Part shown: positions 1 to 8,685 of the stretch, one piece after another
Layout: every line of letters starts with the position of its first letter
Numbering within the stretch: the stretch's first letter is position 1
Source: Deltaproteobacteria bacterium
Lineage (GTDB): Bacteria > Myxococcota_A > UBA9160 > SMWR01
Length of the DNA stretch: 49,385 nucleotides
NCBI GenBank assembly: GCA_004356735.1
Contig: SMWR01000072.1
Span: 1-49,385, forward strand
Direction of reading: 5' to 3'
The notes under the pieces: generated by a model
Databases searched by the model: none
Told to the model about the DNA's origin: nothing
Seen by the model: only the letters and a program-made list of their open reading frames with translations
Translations under genes and position numbers: made by a program

Positions 1-884
1 CGCCGCTCGCTCGAACGCTCATCGTCGATCCGAGCCTGCTCGTGCTCGAGCAACCGCGAGCGCAGGATCTTCATCGCGCGTGCCTTGTTCTTGTGCTGCG
101 ATTTCTCGTCCTGGCACTGGACGACGACACCGGTCGGGAGGTGCGTGACTCGCACCGCCGAGTCCGTGGTGTTCACGCTCTGACCCCCCGGGCCCGACGA
201 ACGGTACACGTCGACCCGTATATCCTTCGGCTCGATCTTCAGGTCGACCTCTTCGGCTTCGGGCAGTATCGCCACCGTCACCGTCGAAGTGTGGATACGC
301 CCCTGGGATTCGGTCGCCGGTACGCGCTGCACGCGGTGCACCCCGCGCTCGTGCTTCAAGCGGCTGAACACCCGGTCACCCGTGATACTGACGACCAGCT
401 CCTTGAAGCCACCGCCGTCGGTCTCCGACATGGAGAGCTCTTCTATCTTCCAGCCTTGCTTTTCCGCATAGCGCGAATACATCCGAAACAGATCAGCCGC
501 GAATAGCGCTGCCTCGTCGCCGCCCGTACCCGCCCGGATTTCCACGATCACGTTCTTGTCGTCGTTCGGATCGCGCGGCACCAGCAATACTCGAAACTCC
601 TGCTCGAGCGTCGCCCGGCGCGCAGTCAGCTCGTCGAGCTCGCTCCGTGCCAGCTCCGACACTTCCGGATCTGGATCGTCGAGCATCGCCTTGGCCTCCG
701 CGATCTCCTCGACCACCTTCCGATAGGTGACCCCGGTCTCGACCACCGGCCGGATCGCCGCCAGCTCCCGGCCAACCTCGGCGAAGGCCTTGCGATCCCT
801 GGCCAGGTCCGGATCGGACAGCTGCTGCTCGAGCTGCGACGCCCGCTCCTCGAACACGCCAATCTTTTCGAGCAGATCCGACAT
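1..884 (-). CDS. prfA: peptide chain release factor 1, C-terminal end cut by window start
   Basis: Minus-strand translation from ATG (revcomp of 882-884) reads [27 protein letters not shown]... It contains the RF1-specific PAT tripeptide ([14 protein letters not shown]) and the GGQ motif [23 protein letters not shown] (around 150-200). It runs off base 1, so it is missing from the ORF track. An alternative in-frame ATG lies at 932. Confidence 0.9.
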   Translation of the reverse strand, partial: MSDLLEKIGVFEERASQLEQQLSDPDLARDRKAFAEVGRELAAIRPVVETGVTYRKVVEEIAEAKAMLDDPDPEVSELARSELDELTARRATLEQEFRVLLVPRDPNDDKNVIVEIRAGTGGDEAALFAADLFRMYSRYAEKQGWKIEELSMSETDGGGFKELVVSITGDRVFSRLKHERGVHRVQRVPATESQGRIHTSTVTVAILPEAEEVDLKIEPKDIRVDVYRSSGPGGQSVNTTDSAVRVTHLPTGVVVQCQDEKSQHKNKARAMKILRSRLLEHEQARIDDERSSER

Positions 885-1043
885 CAGCAGACCCAGCGGA
901 GGCGACAGGGGCGGCGCTGCCGTCCCGCCCATCCCGACGAAAGAAGATCATTGGGGGTCTAGACAGGTTAGCGAACAGCCCCGCCGGTCCGGATGACCTC
1001 CGAGGTAGGGGCCGGCCCCGGCCCCGGGCAGCGGAACTCGCGC

Positions 1044-2603
1044 CTAGGAGTTCATCGACTCCAGGAACTCTTCGTTGCTGTCCGTGGCCTTGATCTTCTC
1101 GAGGAGGAACTCCATCGAGTCGACGGGCGAGAGCGGCTGCAAGACCTTCCGGAGGATGTACATCCGGTTGAGCGTCGATTCGGACAGCAGCAACTCCTCG
1201 CGGCGGGTTGCCGACCGAGTGATGTCGATTGCCGGATAGGTGCGCCGGTCGGAAAGCTTGCGGTCGAGTACCAGCTCGCTGTTGCCGGTGCCTTTGAACT
1301 CCTCGAAGATCACTTCGTCCATGCGCGAGCCCGTGTCGATGAGGGCCGTGCCCACGATCGTAAGGCTGCCGCCCTCCTCGATGTTGCGCGCTGCGCCGAA
1401 GAAGCGCTTCGGCTTCTGGAGTGCGTTCGAGTCGACTCCACCCGACAGGATCTTGCCCGAATGCGGCACGACGGTATTGTGGGCCCGGGCCAGACGTGTG
1501 ATCGAGTCGAGCAGGATCACCACGTCGCGCTTGTGCTCCACCAGCCGGCGCGCCTTCTCGATCACCATGTCGGCGACCTGGACGTGACGCGTGGCCGGTT
1601 CGTCGAACGTGGACGAGATCACTTCAGCCTTCACGTTGCGCCGCATGTCGGTCACTTCTTCAGGCCGCTCGTCGATCAGCAAGACGATCAGCACCACCTC
1701 GGGGTGGTTCTCGGCGATGGCATTGGCGATGTTCTTCAGGATCATCGTCTTGCCCGCCTTCGGCGGCGACGTGATCAGCGCACGCTGACCCTGTCCGAGG
1801 GGCGCGATCAGATCGATGATGCGCCCGGTGACACCGCCCTTCTTGGTCTCGAGATTGAACCGTTTCTCGGGATAGAGGGGGGTCAGATTGTCGAACAAGA
1901 TCTTGTGGCGCCCGGCCTCGGGCGCCTCGAAATTGATCGAGCCCACCTTGAGCAGGGCGAAGTAGCGCTCGCCTTCCTTGGGCGGCCGGATCTGGCCCTT
2001 GACCGTGTCGCCCGTGCGAAGGCCGAAGCGCCGGATCTGCGACGGTGAGACATACACGTCATCGGGACCGGCCAGGTAGTTCTGGTCCGGCGCCCGCAGG
2101 AACCCGAAGCCATCCGACAAGGTCTCGAGCACGCCCTCGGCGTAGATCTTGCCCTCGTTGACCGTGTGGGCCTTGAGGATCTTGAAGATCAGGTCCTGTT
2201 TCCGGAGTCCACTGGCGTTCTCGACGTTCAGGGTCTCCGCCAGACTCGTCAGATCCTGCATGGACTTGATCTTGATCTCCTCGACGTACATCCGATCGCC
2301 GGTGTCTTCCTCGTTGTCGATCATCTCCGATTCCAGCAGATCATCGTCCGGATACTCCGATGAACGCGAGTTCCGCGGTTCGTGCGCCCCGTTTCCGCCC
2401 CGGGGCCGGCGCCCCCGGCCGCGCCCGCGGCGACCTCCCTGATTGAAGTTCGGATCATTCGGACGATGGTCGGACACGGATGGTTCTCTCTTGTTCCGAA
2501 GGGTTGGGTTGTCGCGAAAAACGGGGATTCGGTTCGTCGGTGGGAAGATGTCTGCGCGGGGGTGGCGGACACGGGTGCCGGGCTGCGGTCGCGCGGCCCC
2601 CAA
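1044..2603 (-). CDS. rho: transcription termination factor Rho with about 100-aa Arg/Gly-rich N-terminal extension
   Basis: From [42 protein letters not shown] onward this is a full-length Rho (RNA-binding domain, Walker [17 protein letters not shown]). 2603 is the longest TTG start. Alternative starts are GTG 2477 (AGAGAGAA upstream), ATG 2324 and ATG 2291. Confidence 0.93.
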   Translation of the reverse strand: MGAARPQPGTRVRHPRADIFPPTNRIPVFRDNPTLRNKREPSVSDHRPNDPNFNQGGRRGRGRGRRPRGGNGAHEPRNSRSSEYPDDDLLESEMIDNEEDTGDRMYVEEIKIKSMQDLTSLAETLNVENASGLRKQDLIFKILKAHTVNEGKIYAEGVLETLSDGFGFLRAPDQNYLAGPDDVYVSPSQIRRFGLRTGDTVKGQIRPPKEGERYFALLKVGSINFEAPEAGRHKILFDNLTPLYPEKRFNLETKKGGVTGRIIDLIAPLGQGQRALITSPPKAGKTMILKNIANAIAENHPEVVLIVLLIDERPEEVTDMRRNVKAEVISSTFDEPATRHVQVADMVIEKARRLVEHKRDVVILLDSITRLARAHNTVVPHSGKILSGGVDSNALQKPKRFFGAARNIEEGGSLTIVGTALIDTGSRMDEVIFEEFKGTGNSELVLDRKLSDRRTYPAIDITRSATRREELLLSESTLNRMYILRKVLQPLSPVDSMEFLLEKIKATDSNEEFLESMNS

Positions 2604-2826
2604 GGAGTCCGAGGGATGTGACGCTAGCCTCTCGTTCGGATGTCCGGCCCTGGAAATTGACCAAAAGCTGGAAGTTGACCGAAAACGCTCGGATCGCCTG
2701 CTCTAGGAGATCCGTTTCATCTATTTGGGGAGCTGGCCGGTAGACGGCTTCTGAAGCGGCGAGAAGTTCACCGGTAGATGGGCGAAAAAGAAGTCTTGGC
2801 GAGGCTAAAGCCAGGGCACAGCGGTG

Positions 2827-3531
2827 TCAAGCCTGGATATCCGTCTTCCGCTCCGATCCCACCGCTGGGTTTCGAGCCGCGATGAAATGCACCAGCCGCC
2901 CGGCGCGTTTGCCATCGCGGCGGTAGGAATGAAACCGCTCGGAATCACACCGGGTGCAGGCCGCAGCCGCTTGCCCCACCGCGTCCTCTGGAACGCCCAG
3001 ATCGAGCAGTGCCTCGCGAACCAAGCCTCCCAGATCGATCCGGTCGCGGCCCGGACGGGTGGGCACCGCTCGGCGGAACAGGCCGAAGCGCTCGCCAAAC
3101 AGCCGCTGGAGTGGTTCGAGGACAGGCGCGTCGACCTCGTAGCAACAGGGACCGATGTGGGGCCCGATCGCGGCCCGGATGGACCCGGGTGAGCAGTCCG
3201 CGAGTCGAAGCAGCGCCTCCACCCCGGCCTGGACCACACCGGCGGCCAGCCCGCGCCAGCCGGCGTGGATGGCGGCGACGGCGGCGCCGTCGCTCGTGGT
3301 CATCAGGATCGGAACACAGTCGGCTGTGATGACGGCCACCGGCTGTCGTGACTCGGCACAGACGATGACATCTGCGTCGGGCGGCTCCCTGCGGCCGCGA
3401 CAATCCGCGGCCGAGACCACGACGGAACCGTGGACCTGGCGGGGCTGGAGAAGTCCGGCGGGACCCTCGAAGCCTCGAACTCCGAAGCCATGCGCCACGC
3501 CGGACAGCAGCGGGTCCTCGAGCGGATTCAT
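2827..3531 (-). CDS. pgeF: peptidoglycan editing factor PgeF / YfiH (DUF152, polyphenol-oxidase-like) family protein
   Basis: MNPLEDPLLSGVAHGFGVRG...ADCVPILM...AIHAGWRG...IGPCCYEV...CTRCDSERFHSYRRDG are the family signatures. ATG 3531 overlaps the rluD stop (ATGA). The longer ORF to 3855 is out-of-frame overlap with rluD. The rluD-yfiH pairing is the same as in E. coli. Confidence 0.88.
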   Translation of the reverse strand: MNPLEDPLLSGVAHGFGVRGFEGPAGLLQPRQVHGSVVVSAADCRGRREPPDADVIVCAESRQPVAVITADCVPILMTTSDGAAVAAIHAGWRGLAAGVVQAGVEALLRLADCSPGSIRAAIGPHIGPCCYEVDAPVLEPLQRLFGERFGLFRRAVPTRPGRDRIDLGGLVREALLDLGVPEDAVGQAAAACTRCDSERFHSYRRDGKRAGRLVHFIAARNPAVGSERKTDIQA

Positions 3532-4496
3532 GTCCCGGCCTCCCGGCAGCGGAGCTCGTCGAGCAGGCTCTCGAGGTCTTCGGGCAACGGCGCCTCGAAG
3601 CGCAGGCTCTCCGCACCGACCGGATGCTCGAAACCGAGCACCGACGCGTGGAGGGCCGGTCTCTCGAGAGCCGCATCGGCTGGCCGGCGGTGAGCCCGAA
3701 GCCCGATCCGGCGTGCGCGCCCGTAGACCGGGTCGCCCGCGATGGGCAGCCCGACGGAAGCCAGGTGGACGCGGATCTGATGGGTTCGCCCCGTCTCTGG
3801 AAGCACGAGCAGCCAGCTGCGGTCGCTCTTCGGGAAGCGTTCCAACACTCGCCAAGCCGTGTGGGCTTCGCGGCCATTGTTCACCTTCGTGCTCATGCGC
3901 TTCCGGTCACGCGGATGCCGTCCGATGGCGAGGTCCACCCGGCCTTCGTTCGCAGCGGGCAGCCCACGGATCAGGGCCCGATACTGGCGCTCGATCGTGT
4001 GATCGTGGAATTGCGCCGCCAGCGACCGATGGGCCGCATCGTGCTTCGCCGCCACCATCACGCCCGACGTGCCGCGGTCAAGGCGATGGACGATGCCGGG
4101 ACGCAACACCCCGCCGACACCGGCGAGGTCGCCGCAATGGTGGAGCAGCGCATTCACCAGGGTTCCGCCCGGATGACCCGGCGCCGGATGGACTACCAGG
4201 CCAGCCGGCTTGTCGATCACGATCAGGTGCTCGTCCTCGTACAGCACGACCAACGGGATGGCTTCGGGCTCGAGCGGAGACGGCAGCAGCTCGGGTGGAT
4301 CGGCCTCGATCCGGTCTCCCTCTGCCACCTTCTGGCTGGCGCGACACGAAGCCCCGGCCAGACGTACCCGGCCCTGGTCGATCCAGCGGCGCGCCTGGGA
4401 ACGCGAGATCCCGGCCAGGGCGGCCAAGGTCGTGTCGAGGCGTTCGCCGGCATCGTCCTCACCGGCCATCCAATGCTTCTCGGTGGACGCCGCCAC
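3528..4496 (-). CDS. rluD: 23S rRNA pseudouridine synthase, RluA/RluD family
   Basis: S4-like N-terminus (ERLDTTLAAL..SRSQARRWIDQGRVRLAG) and catalytic HRLDRGTSGVMV motif. GTG start at 4496; alternative ATG at 4469. Confidence 0.9.
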   Translation of the reverse strand: MAASTEKHWMAGEDDAGERLDTTLAALAGISRSQARRWIDQGRVRLAGASCRASQKVAEGDRIEADPPELLPSPLEPEAIPLVVLYEDEHLIVIDKPAGLVVHPAPGHPGGTLVNALLHHCGDLAGVGGVLRPGIVHRLDRGTSGVMVAAKHDAAHRSLAAQFHDHTIERQYRALIRGLPAANEGRVDLAIGRHPRDRKRMSTKVNNGREAHTAWRVLERFPKSDRSWLLVLPETGRTHQIRVHLASVGLPIAGDPVYGRARRIGLRAHRRPADAALERPALHASVLGFEHPVGAESLRFEAPLPEDLESLLDELRCREAGT

Positions 4497-4502
4497 CCGT
4501 TG

Positions 4503-5150
4503 TCAGCCGCCCTTCGAGAACCGGCGTTGCGGCTCGGGCCCGCTCGAGTCGAAGCGACGCATATAGCTCTCGACCGCCCGGCGGGAGTCGAGGCCGAGGC
4601 ACGACGCATAGGCCGTCACGAAGCCGCGTACGTAGACCCGGGCCGGCAGGTCCTCGAAGCGCTCCTCCTCGATGAAGCGCAGGTAGACGGGGTTGACCTT
4701 GGTGGCGCGACCGACATCGTCGATCTCGATTCCCAGGCGCACCCGGGTACGGCGCAAGCGCGCGCCGTCGAACTCGCCCTCCTCCTCGTCGACGTCACCC
4801 AGGTCCTCGAGAGTCTCGACGGGCTGCTGCAGGGAGCGCGCCTCGGGCACCTCGACTTCGCCAGCCGAAGGCGCGACGGTGGAAATGGCACCGGATTCGT
4901 CCGACCACCACGCCTGCAGCGACTCGTCATAGGCGCGGCGCGTGTCATCGTCCGAGAGCACCCGGTAGGCGGTCTCGACGCGCTCCCGGATCATCTCGGC
5001 ATCGCCATCCTCGAAGATGGAGTAGCCCGCCAGCGCCTCGTCGGCGTAGGTCGCCATCGATAGCTGATAGGCCCGCTTGATCTCGGCAGCGTCGCTCGCG
5101 CGCGGCACCTCCAGGATCTCGTAGTGGTTCTGTTCGGAGAGGGACTTCAT
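4503..5150 (-). CDS. J-domain-like (no HPD) plus RodZ-type helix-turn-helix protein
   Basis: The N-terminus NHYEILEVPRASDAAEIKRAYQLSMATYADEAL resembles a DnaJ J-domain, but the HPD tripeptide is absent. The C-terminus LRRTRVRLGIEIDDVGRATKVNPVYLRFIEEERFEDLPARVYVRGFVTAYASCLGLD matches the RodZ N-terminal HTH pattern. The ATG overlaps the stop of the upstream ATPase gene (ATGA at 5147-5150). Confidence 0.7.
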   Translation of the reverse strand: MKSLSEQNHYEILEVPRASDAAEIKRAYQLSMATYADEALAGYSIFEDGDAEMIRERVETAYRVLSDDDTRRAYDESLQAWWSDESGAISTVAPSAGEVEVPEARSLQQPVETLEDLGDVDEEEGEFDGARLRRTRVRLGIEIDDVGRATKVNPVYLRFIEEERFEDLPARVYVRGFVTAYASCLGLDSRRAVESYMRRFDSSGPEPQRRFSKGG

Positions 5151-6148
5151 CGCCTGGCGCCTCCACGGTCGCTGGGCGGGGCCTGGGTTCTGGCGGCCAG
5201 CTTGCGTGCCATGCGACCGATGTACACCGCGGCGTCACAGCTCGGATCGAGGTCCACCAGCGGCCGGCGGTCGCGCACGGAGCGACGGACACGGTCGTCG
5301 TGGTTCACGTAGCCGAGATACTCGGCCTCGATGCCGAAGTAGCGCCGGCACACGCTGCGGATCGAAAATCCGAGCTTCACGTCGTCGGCGCTGCGCACCT
5401 CGTTGATCAGCAGCCGCGGCCGGAAGGCGCGCATGGTGTCGACGAAGCGGCGACCCTCGGCCGAGTCGAGGGCTTGGATCTCCTTCATCAGGTCGAGCGG
5501 CGTGCGGATGCCGCGCTCGTTGCGTTCGTCCATGGCCATGGTGATCACGCGCCGAACGTCGTGGGATGCCATGGCCAGGCGCAGGCGCCGGTAGAAGGCG
5601 GCACGGATGAACGAGTAGGCATTCTCGACCGAGGTCGGCTCAGGCGCGATCACCACGATGCCCTCCTCGCCGACCATGAAATAGTCCATCACCGCCGGAT
5701 GCGTGCCGGCGCCCAGGTCCAGCAGCACGATGTCGGCATCCAGCCGCTGCAGGTCGCGCATGAGTTGTACGCGGCGGCCGTGGCCGGGCTGAGGCGTGGC
5801 GAGATTCCCACGAGTTGCCGCGATGATCCGCAGGTTCCGGATCGGCGTATCGAGCAGCAGCTTGGCGATGTCCTCTTCGCGGTGGGCGACGTAGTCGGCC
5901 AGGCTGACGCGCGGCTGCTGGATTCCCACGCAGGTATGGAGGTTTGCGCCTTCGAGGTCGCCGTCGACGGCGACCACGCGGTAGCCCATCCGAGCCAGGC
6001 AGGTGGCGAGGTTGGTCACGAGGAAGGTCTTGCCGACCCCACCCTTGCCCCCTCCTACGGGAATCAAGCGCGGACTGCTGCGGACGGCAGCGGCGCGCGG
6101 CGGTCCCGCCCCGGGAAGGCTCGTGGTTCCCCCGAGCTTCGCGCTCAT
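5147..6148 (-). CDS. MinD/ParA/FlhG-family P-loop ATPase
   Basis: Deviant Walker A VGGGKGGVGKT, VAVDGDLEGANL, Walker B DIVLLDLGAG. ATG at 6148 preceded by a G-rich SD. Confidence 0.85.
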   Translation of the reverse strand: MSAKLGGTTSLPGAGPPRAAAVRSSPRLIPVGGGKGGVGKTFLVTNLATCLARMGYRVVAVDGDLEGANLHTCVGIQQPRVSLADYVAHREEDIAKLLLDTPIRNLRIIAATRGNLATPQPGHGRRVQLMRDLQRLDADIVLLDLGAGTHPAVMDYFMVGEEGIVVIAPEPTSVENAYSFIRAAFYRRLRLAMASHDVRRVITMAMDERNERGIRTPLDLMKEIQALDSAEGRRFVDTMRAFRPRLLINEVRSADDVKLGFSIRSVCRRYFGIEAEYLGYVNHDDRVRRSVRDRRPLVDLDPSCDAAVYIGRMARKLAARTQAPPSDRGGARR

Positions 6149-6199
6149 GATCCCCCCGTTTGTTGACCGGGCGTTCGGCCTTCCGGGCCGTACCCGCCC

Positions 6200-6796
6200 C
6201 TACCCGGCCGTCGCAATTCGTTGACTCGAGTCGACGTGCCCCAGGAAGGGCCGCCATTCTTCATAGCGCCCGTGCTGCGGCACCGCGAGGTTCACCAGAG
6301 GGGTCCAACGCGGGCGAACCGGCTTCCGATTCAATCGAAGCCTGGCCTGCATCGGCGTGCGCCCTCCCTTGCGCCGATTGCAGTCCACACAGCTACATAC
6401 CACGTTCTCCCACGACGTCTTGCCACCGAGTGCTCGAGGCACGACGTGGTCGAGATTCAGTTGAGATCGCGGCGGCTGTGAACCGCAATACTGACACGTG
6501 AACTTGTCTCGCGCGAAGATGTTGATGCGGCTGAAGCGCACGTGTCGCCTCGGAATCTTGTCGTATGCGAGCAGCACGATGACACGTGGGATCCGAATCG
6601 GACCGCTGCTCGTGCCGAGCGACGGCCCGAGTCCGTCGGCGGGAAATCTGCGCCATTGGTGGAAGTCGAATGACTGGTAGTCAGTGTGAACGGCACGGGC
6701 AATTTCCTGGTAGAGCATCGAGAACGCCCGGCGCACCGACGTGATGTGGATCGGTAGATAGGAACGATTCAGGACCAGGACGTTCGAGTCGAGCAT
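6200..6796 (-). CDS. HNH endonuclease family protein
   Basis: FTCQYCGSQPPRSQLNLDHVVPRALGGKTSWENVVCSCVDCNRRKGGRTP is an HNH/zinc-knuckle motif. ATG 6796 (MLDSNVLVLNRSYLPI) is preferred; the longest start is 6841. Confidence 0.8.
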   Translation of the reverse strand: MLDSNVLVLNRSYLPIHITSVRRAFSMLYQEIARAVHTDYQSFDFHQWRRFPADGLGPSLGTSSGPIRIPRVIVLLAYDKIPRRHVRFSRINIFARDKFTCQYCGSQPPRSQLNLDHVVPRALGGKTSWENVVCSCVDCNRRKGGRTPMQARLRLNRKPVRPRWTPLVNLAVPQHGRYEEWRPFLGHVDSSQRIATAG

Positions 6797-6865
6797 GCGT
6801 CGGACGAACAGCGTAACCCACCGGGCCTTGCGTTCAATCAAACGACGGTTCAGGTGATGCCCGAC

Positions 6866-8266
6866 TCAGTCGGAAGCGACAGAGAGCGCGCGTTTGATCG
6901 CAGCCTCGAGCTCGATCTCGTCCTCGTCGAGAAGCGTGCGGACGTCGAGTAGCAGCTCGTCGTCGTGGATGCGCGCGAGCACGGGCACCGGGGCTTGGCG
7001 CAGGCGTTCCGCCAGCCGCTGCGCGCCGCCTTCGGCGCGCACCGCGACGGCAACGCCCGGTAGCTCGAAGCCGGGTAGCGATCCCCCGCCGACCAGGCCA
7101 GGCTCGGCCAGGCAGCGGAACGACGCCCTGGCACCCACCGCCTTCTCCAGCCGCTCGGCCAGACGCTGGGCGCGTCGTTCGAGCCGCTCCAGCGGTGCGG
7201 TCAGCAGGGCGAGAACGGGGATGTCGCGCTCGGCGCGGCCGTCCAGGTAGGCGTTCAGGGTCCAGTCGAGGGCGGCCAGGCCGAGCTTGTCCAGTCGAAG
7301 TGCGCGAGCCAACGGATTGCGCCGCAGCGCGTCCACGAGATCGGTGCGCCCCAGCAAGATCCCCGCCTGAGGTCCTCCGAGCAGCTTGTCGCCGGAGAAA
7401 CAGACCAGATCGGCACCTTGACGCAATCGGCCCGGGGCCCAGGCTTCGGCCGGAAGCCCCGGAATCTGCACCAGCGTTCCGCTCCCGAGATCCTCGACCA
7501 CGGGGAGTCCCCGGCGCCGCCCGAGTTCGGATAGCTCCGACAGACCGACTTCGGACACAAAGCCGCGCTGTTCGAAGTTGCTGCGGTGCACCTTCAGCAG
7601 CAGGGCGGTCTCGTCACCGATGGCCCGTTCGTAATCCGCGAGATGGGTGCGATTGGTCGCCCCGACCTCGACCAGGACCACACCCGAGCGCTCCATGATC
7701 TCGGGCACCCGAAAGGAGCCGCCGATCTCCACCAGTTCGCCCCGGGAGACGACCACCTGACGCCCCAATGCCAACGTGTTGAGCACCAGGAGCACGGCCG
7801 CGGCGTTGTTGTTCACCGCGAAGGCGGCCTCGGCCCCCGAGAGCCGCGCGAGCTTGTCGGAGACCGCCGCCAAGCGGTCCCCGCGGCGCCCCGTCTCCAG
7901 GTCGAGCTCCAGATCTACGTAGCGGGAGGCCGCGGCCGCGACCGCCTCAGCCGCCCCGGGCGCCAGCGGCGCCCGGCCCAGGTTCGTGTGGAGAACGATG
8001 CCGGTGGCGTTGATGACCCGCTGGGGATGGGGTGCCAGCAAGCGCCAAGCGCGCCGCAGGGCCCGTTCCAGCAGCTGGGCCTCGGCTAGCGGGGGTCGAG
8101 ATGCATTGAGAACGTGTTCGCGTTCATGCTGGATCTCGATCCGGGCCGCCTCCACCGCTGTCCATTTCGGCAGCGTGGGCTCGTGCCGGCGCAGGCTTCG
8201 CGCCAGCCGCTCGACCGACGGAAGCTCCCTGCGGGGATCCGGCTTGACCTCGGACTGGGGTTTCAT
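6866..8266 (-). CDS. selA: L-seryl-tRNA(Sec) selenium transferase
   Basis: INATGIVLHTNLGRAPL, VNNNAAAVLL, VVSRGELVEIGGSFRVPEIM, LLKVHRSNF and CFSGDKLLGGPQAGILLG (PLP lysine) are SelA hallmarks. SD GAGGGA precedes the ATG. Confidence 0.9.
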   Translation of the reverse strand: MKPQSEVKPDPRRELPSVERLARSLRRHEPTLPKWTAVEAARIEIQHEREHVLNASRPPLAEAQLLERALRRAWRLLAPHPQRVINATGIVLHTNLGRAPLAPGAAEAVAAAASRYVDLELDLETGRRGDRLAAVSDKLARLSGAEAAFAVNNNAAAVLLVLNTLALGRQVVVSRGELVEIGGSFRVPEIMERSGVVLVEVGATNRTHLADYERAIGDETALLLKVHRSNFEQRGFVSEVGLSELSELGRRRGLPVVEDLGSGTLVQIPGLPAEAWAPGRLRQGADLVCFSGDKLLGGPQAGILLGRTDLVDALRRNPLARALRLDKLGLAALDWTLNAYLDGRAERDIPVLALLTAPLERLERRAQRLAERLEKAVGARASFRCLAEPGLVGGGSLPGFELPGVAVAVRAEGGAQRLAERLRQAPVPVLARIHDDELLLDVRTLLDEDEIELEAAIKRALSVASD

Positions 8267-8685
8267 ACTCTGTCCCTCAGTTTATTGGGTGTGGCTCCGA
8301 GAGGCCCGTCTCACGCGATTCGCAGGGAATGGAAGGAGATACGCCTGTCTGCGATCGCGATTTCCCGTGATGGGCCACGGGCCGATCCCACGCGGATCGA
8401 ACCGAAACAAACAAGAGCCGGGATACGATCGAACCGGACGGGCGGTGGGGTGCTCGGAGTTCGAAACGGATGCCCGGTATCACGGAACCGCACCGTAGAA
8501 GAAAAATCCTGTGCGAGTCAACGAATTGAACAGCTATTTCGGGGAAGTACAGAGTCTCCCCGTCCGTCCGGGCGGCGCGCGGCGCCTTCCGGATCCCAGA
8601 TGACCCCGCCACACGCAGGCCCCCGGGGCCGGCGCGCAACTCGAAGCCTTCCCGAAACGGCTCGCCAACGCCGGAGGCGAGAACT

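Noticed and set aside
112-117. TGGCAC hexamer inside prfA.
   Set aside because: No TTGC follows after 5 nt, and it lies inside a coding region on the non-transcribed orientation.
1-951. Possible prfB-style programmed +1 frameshift. The ORF track shows no release-factor ORF here, only the unrelated 493-951(-) ORF.
   Set aside because: The release-factor frame is continuous from ATG 884 to base 1. It is missing from the track only because it runs off the window edge. The PAT tripeptide identifies RF1, which has no programmed frameshift.
3155-4675. Very long ORFs antisense or out of frame to recognised genes. Examples: 993-2048(+), 3155-4675(+), 3624-5063(+), 8518-9585(-), 15739-17451(-), 19692-20726(+), 26491-28200(+), 28233-30113(+), 31671-33578(+), 34676-36100(-), 45852-46961(+).
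   Set aside because: Their translations are Arg/Pro/Gly/Ala-rich with no motifs. Each overlaps a gene with clear family signatures on the other strand or frame. This is the classic stop-codon-poor shadow-ORF pattern of GC-rich DNA.
6200-6796. HNH nuclease as part of a defence island or mobile element.
   Set aside because: It is a small stand-alone HNH protein in a housekeeping operon (selA upstream, ATPase downstream). It has no methylase, helicase, integrase or terminal repeats, and composition is not atypical.
8290-8490. tRNA-Sec (selC) next to selA, suggested by GGTTCGATC-like boxes on the minus strand (about 8392-8403 and 8428-8439).
   Set aside because: I could not build the flanking T-stems, an 8-bp acceptor stem or a UCA anticodon loop. 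The candidate helices span only about 65 nt. I found no other tRNA-like T-loop in any spacer.
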